Shown piece by piece: positions 21,003 through 29,970 of a stretch of 64,000 nucleotides of DNA (position 1 is its first letter; each line of letters opens with the position of its first letter). The notes under the pieces are model-generated. The model saw only the letters and a program-made list of their open reading frames with translations, was not told where the DNA came from and did no database searches. Origin of the DNA: Candidatus Bathyarchaeota archaeon. Lineage in GTDB: Archaea > Thermoproteota > Bathyarchaeia > Bathyarchaeales > Bathycorpusculaceae. The stretch lies in the NCBI GenBank assembly GCA_963775685.1, contig CAVZJV010000014.1, positions 1,760,001 through 1,824,000 of the forward strand, in the 5' to 3' direction. The position numbers were made by a program, and so were the translations under genes.

Positions 21003-21048
21003 GTTTGTTTTCCCAACGCAAACTATTAATATAGTTTAGTATTTAAAC
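21003..21048. promoter_or_regulatory. Paired operators (degenerate 21003, perfect 21034) flanking TATTAATA, upstream of the NifX-OsmC genes
   Basis: GTTTGttttcCCAAC and GTTTAgtattTAAAC, 31 bp apart. Confidence 0.65.
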
Positions 21049-21093
21049 TATAAACTAAACATATTCGTGAAAGGAAAAAATGAGGCAAAAAGA

Positions 21094-21474
21094 ATGACAA
21101 AAAGAATAGTAATTCCAACCGAAGACAAGTCCGGTTTAGAGGCACATTTAGCTCAACATTTCGGAAGAGCACCATACTACACAATAGTAGAATTAGATGA
21201 CGAAAACAACAACGTAGGGTTAAGAACAGAAGTCAACAAAGGCGAACACGTCGGAGGCACAGGACATCCACACGAACATCTCTTAGCCCTAAAGCCAAAC
21301 ATCTTTGTAGTCAATGGCATGGGACCCGGATGCTTAAGCAGTCTTCAAGATGCGGGCATAAACGTGCTTAAAGCCACTGGAACAACGGTTAAGGAAATAG
21401 TTGAGGAATACAAAGAAGGCAAACTAAGTGCCTTAACGAGCGCATGTGAACACGCACACCACCACGAGCATTAG
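21094..21474 (+). CDS. NifB/NifX-family protein with His-rich tail (paralog of 12225)
   Basis: HFGRAPYY, GMGPG, tail CEHAHHHEH. Confidence 0.85.
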   Translation: MTKRIVIPTEDKSGLEAHLAQHFGRAPYYTIVELDDENNNVGLRTEVNKGEHVGGTGHPHEHLLALKPNIFVVNGMGPGCLSSLQDAGINVLKATGTTVKEIVEEYKEGKLSALTSACEHAHHHEH

Positions 21475-21524
21475 CCATAGATTTTAAATCCAGACCTATA
21501 GAAAGGATCTAAGGTGAAAAATAT

Positions 21525-21941
21525 ATGCCAAAAATAAAAGCAAAAGCAACTTGGGTTGAAAATGTCCGATCAATCGCAGATAACCAAAGGACCCATAGCG
21601 TTGTATGCGACCTATCCGCACCGGCCGGCGGAACAGATAGCGGTGCCACAGCACTTGAGCTCAGCCTGATGGCTTTAGCAGATTGCGGTGTCACCATTTT
21701 CGCTGACGTGTGCAAAAAAAGCAATATAGTACTAAACAAAGTTGAAGTGACTGTTGAAGCGGATAAATCTCCAGATTCGCCCATGATAAGTGGCGTAACG
21801 ATGAAAGTCAACGTTATCTCTAAAGCACGAAAAGAGCTTGTAGAAGCTGCTTGGAGAAGAACTGAAGCAAACTGTCCAGTACTGTTCATATTTAAAGAGC
21901 CAACACCCATCAAAGTTGAGTTTGAAGAAAAAACCGAATAA
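21525..21941 (+). CDS. OsmC/Ohr-family protein
   Basis: GGTDSGATALELSLMALADC ... ANCPV two-Cys signature. Confidence 0.85.
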   Translation: MPKIKAKATWVENVRSIADNQRTHSVVCDLSAPAGGTDSGATALELSLMALADCGVTIFADVCKKSNIVLNKVEVTVEADKSPDSPMISGVTMKVNVISKARKELVEAAWRRTEANCPVLFIFKEPTPIKVEFEEKTE

Positions 21942-21975
21942 GATAGCTGAATAAATCACCTAGCGAGCATGAAAA

Positions 21976-22506
21976 ATGAAAAGAGCAATAATAGTCTACT
22001 GATCAAAAACAGCTAACACTGAAAAAGTAGCTAAAGCCATAAAACAAGGCTTGGAAGCGACGGATATCCAAGTTAACCTAAAGAAGCGGAAAAAATTGAC
22101 TATTTTGACTAAGACATTGTTTTGTGTTCGTTCACCATCTTACTCGTGGCATCCGCCGGAACCTATGACAAATTTTCTGAAGAAAAAGTTTGCCGAATAC
22201 CGTCAACAGGGCAAAATTAAACCTTCATCCCCCAAAAGTTACAGGTAAGAAAGTGCTGGTTTTTGTCACTTATTCTGGACCGCACACAGAAATTGATGAA
22301 ACCACACCTGTGTGGAAGGATATAAGGCAGTACCTCGAGCATATAGGCTTTAGCGTTCATCGACGAATAGCACAGCCTAAGCGAAGTCCATGGCGCATTA
22401 GAAAATAGCACAAAGAGCAGAATGGGCGACGTAAGAGGAAAAACCACCGTTGAAGAGCTACAAAAGATCACGCAGGACTCAAAGCAGTTGGCTATTTTTC
22501 TTTAAT
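21976..22506 (+). pseudogene. Decayed flavodoxin-like gene
   Basis: MKRAIIVY*SKTANTEKVAKAI (nonsense at the Trp position), SPSYSWHPP, FVTYSGPHT in shifting frames; several lesions. Confidence 0.7.
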
Positions 22507-23121
22507 TTTTTATCAAGATTTTGAAGTATAACCGACGGAATCACACTTTGGACGAAGTCTACAAATGTCTCTTATAAGCTTCGGCACTCACAACGAACTC
22601 AGCCAATAAAATGATTTTAAAACCAAACCTCCTCTCAATAAGGTCCGTTTCTTTTTTTATGAAAAGGAAGTATGTGAAACGAAGTTCTGCACAAAGGAGA
22701 CGCAAATTGGAGGCTCACAAGAGGCATACAATAAAGTTTGCTATAACTCAGCGTTAACTGTATAAGCAACGTTTCCCAAAACCGTTCTAGCGCCTATATC
22801 CAGATAAAAAAAGTTATCAAGCGTATAACCACTATTGGAAACCAACACTATCCCAACATACATTCACAACCATAACCCAAAAAACAACATAACGTTATGC
22901 AAAATAGTGAGAAATAACCAATCAACCCACTTCTTAAAGCAACCAAATACATAAGCCAACACTGAAACACCGCTCAAACCACAACCATAAAAGTAGTGCC
23001 TACAAAACCCAGTCACTTCCACACAAAAACAAACTAAAAGTTTACTTAATAACCAACAAACACCAAGGTTTATTTCTCGAAAACCATCTAAACATAGCAA
23101 AAAGATAGTTGGACTCTTGAA

Positions 23122-23991
23122 ATGTCGGATACTCAAGCAGAAAAACCGCAAAACTACAAGGCTCAAGAAGCAAATGTAGAGCAACAGTTTTTGGAGGGCA
23201 ATAAAGATGAAGACCTTGGCGTCTACTTTAATTTGTTTTCAGCCAAAAGCAAAATCGAGGGGCAGGATGGTGGCGTGGTTTCGGCGTTGTTGGTTAAGGG
23301 TTTTGAGGAAGGCTTGTTTAATGAGGCCATAGTTGTTCGCCGTGGAGAAGGATACAGCGCAGAAGCGGTCGTGGCTATTAACCCAAGGGAAGTGCTGTCG
23401 GCAAAAGGGACCAAATACCTCAAGGTAAACGTCACAAAAAAACTGCGCGAACTAATAAGCCAAGGAAAAAAACGAATAGCAATCGTTTGCACCCCATGCG
23501 AAGCTAAAGTAGCAAAAAAAATACAGCAAACCTTCAAAGAAGATTGCGAAATCACGATTATCGGGTTATTCTGCTTTGAAGCCTTTAACAGTGCTAAAAT
23601 AAAAGAGGAAATAAAAAATCGGTTGGGGGTAGATTTGGATAGAGCCCAGAAAACCCTAGTTAGGCAAGGAAAATTCACGGTGTTTGTCGATGGAAAAGAG
23701 TACAGTTGCAAGGTAAAAGACTTAGACTGTGCCGCTGAAAAAGTGTGCCATTACTGCAGCGACTTCACAGCACAGTTTGCCGACATCTCTGTGGGTTCTG
23801 CAGGTAGCCAGAGAGGGTGCTCAACTGTAATGGTTAGATCAAAAGCAGGGGAAAAACTGGTAAAAAACCTAGATGCCGTCAAGAAAGCAGCTGAAAGGGA
23901 AGAAATCGTCAGATTATCAAAATTAAAAAAGGAACGCGCCGAAAAAAGCTTAGGAACACAAACCAAACAGAATAGCGCCTTTTTTAGTTGA
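23122..23991 (+). CDS. Coenzyme F420 hydrogenase/dehydrogenase beta subunit (FrhB/FdhB family), stand-alone
   Basis: GQDGGVVSALL, GTKY, CTPCE, IGLFCFEAF, CHYCSDFTAQFADISVGS. Confidence 0.88.
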   Translation: MSDTQAEKPQNYKAQEANVEQQFLEGNKDEDLGVYFNLFSAKSKIEGQDGGVVSALLVKGFEEGLFNEAIVVRRGEGYSAEAVVAINPREVLSAKGTKYLKVNVTKKLRELISQGKKRIAIVCTPCEAKVAKKIQQTFKEDCEITIIGLFCFEAFNSAKIKEEIKNRLGVDLDRAQKTLVRQGKFTVFVDGKEYSCKVKDLDCAAEKVCHYCSDFTAQFADISVGSAGSQRGCSTVMVRSKAGEKLVKNLDAVKKAAEREEIVRLSKLKKERAEKSLGTQTKQNSAFFS

Positions 23992-24060
23992 TTGCCCGGC
24001 ATATGCAAAAGCCTTTTTAACCCCAAACTCCTCACCTCTTTAACCTGAGATGAAATCTCC

Positions 24061-24786
24061 ATGAAAATACTAAATGAATTTGTGCCTACACGTAAATTCT
24101 TAAAGCTTGCCGACGAACTCAAAGACCTAGTCGATGGATGGAACGTCACTGACGGTGCAGCAGGTTTTCCAGCACCAAGCGGCGTAGTTGTAAGCTGCTT
24201 ACTCAAACACAAATACCCAGAAAAATATGTTTGCCCAATCTTCATTCTACACTATAAAGGCCCAGTTGAAGTAGGAGGCTTAGCATTAGCATCCGACATT
24301 ATCGGACTCGACGGCTTAGCAGTAACCATGGGAGACAAACCAAAATACGGTGAACCTATAACGATGCTCGCTAACTCTGAGGCTGCAAGAGACTTCATAC
24401 GCAATACAGTTAAAACCAAGAACCTGAAACTCGGTTGCCTGGTAACAGCAAGACGCACCATAGAGGAAACACTTTGCCGCGTACGCGAGCCATGGGACTT
24501 CGTATACTTCATGAGACTACAAGACTCATCGTTCGAAGCACTCAAAGCAGTTTCTGCCGAATGCAAGAAACTAAACAAGCCACTCTTCGCATACTTCCTC
24601 GTCGGAACTGCCAAGAACGTTGAAACTGTTAAAATGATTGGGTGGCCAACCGCCGCAACAATGGAAACAGTTGAAGAGAAAGCATCACAACTTGTCGGAC
24701 TCGTCGACGGCATCATCGCTACATGCGCAGGGGACGCTGAAGGCGACAAACTGATGCTGCAAAAACTACAGAAGTTCCGAAGCTAA
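24061..24786 (+). CDS. Methylenetetrahydrofolate reductase (MetF)-like FAD-linked TIM-barrel protein, short form
   Basis: NVTDG, P-x-x-I-L-H and GLDGLAVTMGDKP pattern recalling the MetF N-terminal half; divergent. Confidence 0.55.
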   Translation: MKILNEFVPTRKFLKLADELKDLVDGWNVTDGAAGFPAPSGVVVSCLLKHKYPEKYVCPIFILHYKGPVEVGGLALASDIIGLDGLAVTMGDKPKYGEPITMLANSEAARDFIRNTVKTKNLKLGCLVTARRTIEETLCRVREPWDFVYFMRLQDSSFEALKAVSAECKKLNKPLFAYFLVGTAKNVETVKMIGWPTAATMETVEEKASQLVGLVDGIIATCAGDAEGDKLMLQKLQKFRS

Positions 24787-24925
24787 AAATAATTCCCAAA
24801 ACTATGAGACCTAAAGGTCTCTCCCAATTTTAAAATAACCTTTTTTCCGATTTTTGTTTCTATTTTTTGCTAGATAAACTTAAGTTCTAATGCCTAATTA
24901 GCAACTTCAGATTGAGGCAAATCGC

Positions 24926-25684
24926 GTGAATCCTGTTCAAGTATTCGCGGTAGAAAATTTACCGCTGATAAAAAAAGGAGACAATCTTGGCAAACTTATT
25001 GTCGAAGCCGCAAGAAAACAAAACAACCCAATCCAACAAAAAGACGTCATCGTCGTCACCCATGTTGTGGTTTCGAAAGCAGAAGGAAATATAGTAGACC
25101 TTGACCAAGTGAAACCTTCGGAAAAAGCAAGGGAAATTGCTCAAAAAACCAACAAGGATCCGGCTCTGGTTGAAGTCATTTTGCAAGAAACCAAAGACAT
25201 CGTTCGAGTTGGCCAAAACAGCATCATAACCGAAACAGTCAGCGGCATAATCTGCGCCAATGCTGGAGTAGATAGATCCAACGTTGCAGGCGACAGAAAC
25301 GTTGTGCCCTTGCCTAAAAATCCCAACGTCTCAGCCGAAAACATACGCAAAGAAATTAGCCGTTTAGCGGGTGTTGATGTGGCGGTTATTGTTTCAGATA
25401 CACATGGCAGACCCTTTAGGCTGGGCGAGATTAATGTAGCCGTTGGCGTTTCAGGATTCAAGCCCATACGGGATAGGCGAGGCGAAAGGGACCTGTTTGG
25501 CTATGTACTCAGAATCAAGCAAACTGCCATCGCTGACGAACTCTCTTCAGCAGCTGAATTAGTTATTGGGCAAGCAAACGAAGGCATCCCTGCCGCTATC
25601 ATCCGAGGATACAACTACCAAACCGACGAAAATGCTTCGACAACATCCCTAACCAGAGCTAAAGAAAAAGACCTCTTCCGATAA
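24926..25684 (+). CDS. cofE: Coenzyme F420-0:L-glutamate ligase
   Basis: VVSKAEG, CANAGVDRSN, SDTHGRPFRLG, DLFGYVL, ADELSSAAELVIGQ, KDLFR. Confidence 0.92.
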   Translation: MNPVQVFAVENLPLIKKGDNLGKLIVEAARKQNNPIQQKDVIVVTHVVVSKAEGNIVDLDQVKPSEKAREIAQKTNKDPALVEVILQETKDIVRVGQNSIITETVSGIICANAGVDRSNVAGDRNVVPLPKNPNVSAENIRKEISRLAGVDVAVIVSDTHGRPFRLGEINVAVGVSGFKPIRDRRGERDLFGYVLRIKQTAIADELSSAAELVIGQANEGIPAAIIRGYNYQTDENASTTSLTRAKEKDLFR

Positions 25685-25746
25685 CCTTTACCAAACCTTC
25701 AATAACCCAAACGTGTAAAATACCTGAAAATCACGGGTTGAAATTG

Positions 25747-26076
25747 ATGGAATCAAACACCCCTCAAGATTTCTTCGAAAAAGTCCTACCTCAACGGTTT
25801 AAGCCAGAAAAAGCAATAGGCATCGACGTTATTGCTCAGATAAATGTAACAGGACCTGTGGGAGGCAACTGGACTTTGATAATAAAAGACCAGAAGCTTC
25901 AAGTAACGGAAGGAACCCACCCCGTGCCAACGTTGACTTTGAAAATGAACGAGAACGACTTCATGGACATGGTTAATGGAAAACTAAGCGCGGAAAAAGC
26001 CTTCTTCACAGGGAGAGTACATTTTAAAGGCGACATACGCGTCGCACTTAAACTAAGAGATGCCGGCTTCTTATAA
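25747..26076 (+). CDS. SCP2 sterol/lipid-carrier domain protein
   Basis: GGNWTLIIKD, GKLSAEKAFFTGRVHFKGD. Confidence 0.82.
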   Translation: MESNTPQDFFEKVLPQRFKPEKAIGIDVIAQINVTGPVGGNWTLIIKDQKLQVTEGTHPVPTLTLKMNENDFMDMVNGKLSAEKAFFTGRVHFKGDIRVALKLRDAGFL

Positions 26077-26613
26077 GCCGAGTTTTTTAGCCACCTCGAC
26101 GGGCAAATCGTCTTCACCCACCTTGAAGGTTTGTGGCTCATCAATTTTCACAATTGCCCGTAATTCATCGGCACTTAATTGTTTGACAAGCCCAGTTATT
26201 TGTTTCTTTGCCACTTCAAAATGATCTTTGAAAGATGCCTTATCATTGTACAGAGCCCCTGCGTAAGCACAGATATTGGACTTTTTCAAAAACCACACTA
26301 TCTTCTTCGTGGAGAAATTGAACTCGAAAGTTATCGGTCCAGCTACACAAGTTTCCGGTTTAACTGAATGAACTTTGCATTTTCCTGTTTTTTTGTTAAA
26401 GAGCCTGCAGTAGACTTGTTTGTCAACTGAGGGATAGGAATAGTCTTCTTTGGTGAAGGGTTCTTTAAGGCTGATTTTTTGGTTTTTTAGGTATTCTTGT
26501 ATTATTTTTTTGCGGTTGTTGCTTAAGGGTGGTTTCGCGTCTTGGCAGCAAATAATTTTGCATTTGCCGCAGACATCAAACGAGAAAGTTGTTCCTTTGT
26601 TATCTTCAGCCAC
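26071..26613 (-). CDS. YkgJ/CxxCxxCC family metal-binding protein
   Basis: CGKCKIICC, CRLF, CKVHSVKPETCVAGP. Confidence 0.82.
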   Translation of the reverse strand: MAEDNKGTTFSFDVCGKCKIICCQDAKPPLSNNRKKIIQEYLKNQKISLKEPFTKEDYSYPSVDKQVYCRLFNKKTGKCKVHSVKPETCVAGPITFEFNFSTKKIVWFLKKSNICAYAGALYNDKASFKDHFEVAKKQITGLVKQLSADELRAIVKIDEPQTFKVGEDDLPVEVAKKLGL

Positions 26614-26629
26614 CTTTTTTCACCCACTT

Positions 26630-27817
26630 TTAGAAGTATGGTTCATTATCGGATAGGCTCTTAATAAGCGTTGAATAAACGTCAACAATTGCTTCTCTGA
26701 GACTGGTTTTCTGAGCGCGTCTCAAAACCCTTTGTCGTATCAGCTCTGAAAGGTTACCTTCTTCAATTCTCTTCTTAACAATCCACAAGTAATTTTTCTC
26801 ATCTCCGTTCGCGTGGTCAAACGCCAAGTTGAGATAGCGTTGGCATATCTCCTTCGCAGTTTTTCCATACGGATTTGAGACAGCAGCGTTTAACCCATTT
26901 TTTATGATTACGTTGAAGTCGTTGACTAAAATGTCGTGAGGCAAGAGTTGAGCGTTTGAAGCAATCATGCCTCTGAGGGCGGCACGAACAAAACACGACA
27001 GCGCCACATCAGACTTGACACAGTCCTGCTCATCCATAACACGAACTTCGAGGGCACAACGGTCAAACCTAAAAATCACGCCCCTTGAATTAACCCATTC
27101 GCGATTCAGCAGAGTTTTGTCCGCATCTGCCTCTGCTAAATCAGTTGAGTACAGCTCGATAACATCCCGCTTGTACTGACCAAACGAGGAGACATATAGG
27201 GGAATGACATCACCCGTTACTGAAGGCACCTCTTTTTGGTTTACCTTGTAGAACTGCAAGCGGTTGTCAATGTCGGGTCCGTTTGCTCCTTCGAAAATTG
27301 GTGAGGAAGCAGAGATTGCTGGAAGGTAAGCGCATAGGTTTGCGAGTTGGTTATGAGTTTGGATGGCGTCAACTTCTTCTCGGAAAGGCAAATTCAGGTG
27401 AAAACTTTGAATATTTAGCCATCCATGCTGGTTTAAGTTGAAGATTTTGCCATATTCGTGGTAGATTTTTTTGTGGTAATGTGGCCAAATCCCAGTATCT
27501 TCAAGTTTGAGGAGCGGATGCATTCCTGTTCCGAGAAGACTTGCTCCGTGTTTCTGTGTGATTAAGCTGAGGGTTTTAACGGCCGTTTGCATGGCTTCCT
27601 CAAATTCAGATGGCGTCTCAAAGGGTTTGTTGGCTTTAAGTTCCATAACGTGAAGTTGCATTTCTTTTCCAAAAGTAAACTGGGAGAACTCGATGAAGTT
27701 GGTTATTTTTCCACAATAGCCCTTTATGATTCTGTCGCTAATGGCCATGGGTTTGAGATCTTGGTTCACTAGTGCGTATTCGTGTTCAGGTCCTAAGACT
27801 TCGAGGGGTTTGTACGT
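26630..27817 (-). CDS. Glutamate-cysteine ligase family 2 (GCS2/YbdK-like) carboxylate-amine ligase
   Basis: LGPEHEY (upstream of the ORF-track start), GTGMHP, NIQSFHLN, SASSP, NSRG, EVRVMDEQ. Confidence 0.85.
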   Translation of the reverse strand, partial: TYKPLEVLGPEHEYALVNQDLKPMAISDRIIKGYCGKITNFIEFSQFTFGKEMQLHVMELKANKPFETPSEFEEAMQTAVKTLSLITQKHGASLLGTGMHPLLKLEDTGIWPHYHKKIYHEYGKIFNLNQHGWLNIQSFHLNLPFREEVDAIQTHNQLANLCAYLPAISASSPIFEGANGPDIDNRLQFYKVNQKEVPSVTGDVIPLYVSSFGQYKRDVIELYSTDLAEADADKTLLNREWVNSRGVIFRFDRCALEVRVMDEQDCVKSDVALSCFVRAALRGMIASNAQLLPHDILVNDFNVIIKNGLNAAVSNPYGKTAKEICQRYLNLAFDHANGDEKNYLWIVKKRIEEGNLSELIRQRVLRRAQKTSLREAIVDVYSTLIKSLSDNEPYF

Positions 27818-27870
27818 GAATCTTCCTCAATACAGATTGGGTTAAGTGTTCTTTTATGTTGAGGTTTGAC

Positions 27871-29055
27871 TTAAAGCTCGCTGTAATAGCGTATTTCAGG
27901 CGGTTCTTTGTATGCGAATTTAATGAGATAAGGAGTTATGAATGCAGTTATGATTGTGGCAACGCCGAGTATGGGTAAGAGGAAAACACTTACAACTCCA
28001 AGGTCTTGCCCTGCTTTAACTACTATAAATGCAAATTCGCCAATTTGGCCCATACCTAACCCAACACGAAGCGAAGTTCTTCGGTCGTAATGGAATAGGC
28101 AAGTTCCAAATCCGCAGCTAGCCAACTTTGTTCCAACAACAACAAAAGTAATAACCAAAGCAGGAAACCAGTATGTGGTTATTTGAGTAATATCCATTAA
28201 AGCACCCATGGACACGAAGAATATGGCGCCAAAAAAGAGCTGCAAGGGACCTATCTGTTTGTTGATTTCTTCGCGGCACTGGGACCGCGCAACTACAACG
28301 CCGATTATGAAAGCACCTATAGCTGCTGAGAAACCAATTTGGGTAGATAAAATAGCGAACATAAAGCATATGCCCAGCAGTGAAACATACAGCAGTTCTT
28401 TGCTTTCTGTTCGGGATATTCTGTCAATTGCCTTAGGAATGAAGAAGCCTCCGACAATCAATGTTCCACCTATGAAAATTATGAGTTTGGCAGTTAACCA
28501 CAGAGACGAAGTGACTGAGATTGCATTGGTTAAGGCGATATTTTGAAGCATCGCTAAAATGATGACGACGACTACGTCTTCGACAACAAGTATGCCCAAT
28601 ATAATTACGGATGACATTTCCTTAATTCTTCCAGCGTCGCTTAGTACTTTGGCAATTATGGTTGTGCTACTGCTGGAAAGGGCAGCGCCCAAAAACAGTG
28701 TGTCGTAGAAGCCCCAGTTCAAAAGGACCCCCACTATATAGCTTACGATAAGCATTGTGGATATTTCGATGGCTGAAACTCCTATGACGACTTTGCCAAT
28801 AGTCTTAAGTTTTCTTATGGGAAACTCTAAACCTATTGTAAAAAGAAGTAGAATAACACCGATTTCAGCGAATACGCTTAGAAAATCTACGTTGGTAACC
28901 AAGGTGAAGGGTAACGTAAAAGGACCGATAAGTATTCCAGCAATTAAATAACCTATAACTAATGGTTGCTTGAGCTTGTAAAATAGGAAGGCTACTGCTG
29001 AAGCAACAACCATCACGACTGCAAGGTCAGTTATTATTTGTAGCTCAAAGCTCAT
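27871..29055 (-). CDS. CPA2-family cation:proton antiporter (no KTN domain)
   Basis: GYLIAGILIGP, GVILLLFTIGLE, SSSTTII, VVED, GQIGEFAF; about 13 hydrophobic segments. Confidence 0.9.
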   Translation of the reverse strand: MSFELQIITDLAVVMVVASAVAFLFYKLKQPLVIGYLIAGILIGPFTLPFTLVTNVDFLSVFAEIGVILLLFTIGLEFPIRKLKTIGKVVIGVSAIEISTMLIVSYIVGVLLNWGFYDTLFLGAALSSSSTTIIAKVLSDAGRIKEMSSVIILGILVVEDVVVVIILAMLQNIALTNAISVTSSLWLTAKLIIFIGGTLIVGGFFIPKAIDRISRTESKELLYVSLLGICFMFAILSTQIGFSAAIGAFIIGVVVARSQCREEINKQIGPLQLFFGAIFFVSMGALMDITQITTYWFPALVITFVVVGTKLASCGFGTCLFHYDRRTSLRVGLGMGQIGEFAFIVVKAGQDLGVVSVFLLPILGVATIITAFITPYLIKFAYKEPPEIRYYSEL

Positions 29056-29274
29056 AATGTATTGGTTACTGACATTTTTTGGGGTAATAAGACTAAGTTC
29101 GTAAACAAAAAAACGCACAATTACCTAAAGATAGATCCTCACAAACGTTTGGTGCGTAGAACTGGCTGAGGTGAGCTTTTTTTGTTTTGTATTTGCTTGG
29201 GATATGAATTGTTATATCGTTAATCTTAAATACTGGTGCATAGTAACGCCTTTCAATTACCTGGTGTCACATGA

Positions 29275-29970
29275 GTGCTAATCGTCTCAAACATCGACTT
29301 TAGAGATGATTTGAACGCGTTAAAACCTTCACGGTTCCTTGAATCAATGATAAAAGATACCACTATCAACATAAACAACGACTATCGATATCTAAAAACA
29401 GGCTACTACGTGTCATTGCATGCAGAAGTTTTGGGAAACACTGTTATTCCTTCGTGTGAAAATATCATCGATGCCAGTCGAACCCCGATTCTTCTGTTGC
29501 GGGCATCAAGAGCAAAAATTCCCACTCTGTCATTTTTAGTTACTGATTCTGTAAAGAAAATAATGACTGAACTCAAACTTCCAGTCGTAGTTTTCGCCGT
29601 TAACCCTTTCATTTATAAGGGTTACAAAGTCGCTAAAAACAAAAGCGCCCTTTACCGAGCTATGAAGAGTTTGGGGATGAACTACAAATTTACGGTTTGC
29701 GCTCAGCCGCTTGTTGGTGAGATATTAACAGTTAAATCACTTTTTGGAAAATGCCAACTGCCAGATACCCAAATTAATGCTCTAACAGAAAAGGTTTATG
29801 AACTCTTCAAAATTCCAATCTGCAAGGTCCACGTCCAAAAAACAGAGGGAAAAGCTTTCCTGTGCGGTCTTGAACCCTTGAAAGAGTCTGACCTGTCAAA
29901 GAGTGATATAGAGTTAATCTCCGAGGAGATTAAGCTGATTTCTCAGCAGGATGAACACCTAAGTGTCTAA
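29275..29970 (+). CDS. RimK-like ATP-grasp N-terminal (RLAN) domain protein
   Basis: NDYRYLKTGYYVSLHAEVLGNTVIP signature; overlaps the RimK gene. Confidence 0.8.
   Translation: MLIVSNIDFRDDLNALKPSRFLESMIKDTTININNDYRYLKTGYYVSLHAEVLGNTVIPSCENIIDASRTPILLLRASRAKIPTLSFLVTDSVKKIMTELKLPVVVFAVNPFIYKGYKVAKNKSALYRAMKSLGMNYKFTVCAQPLVGEILTVKSLFGKCQLPDTQINALTEKVYELFKIPICKVHVQKTEGKAFLCGLEPLKESDLSKSDIELISEEIKLISQQDEHLSV

Noticed and set aside
22000-22002. TGA at a Trp position in the flavodoxin gene as stop-codon recoding or selenocysteine
   Set aside because: TGA ends many normal genes here, and this gene has several other lesions; it is simply decayed.
22864-23184. 106-aa minus-strand hydrophobic ORF
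   Set aside because: By-product of A/C-skewed intergenic DNA; overlaps the FrhB-like start; no motifs.
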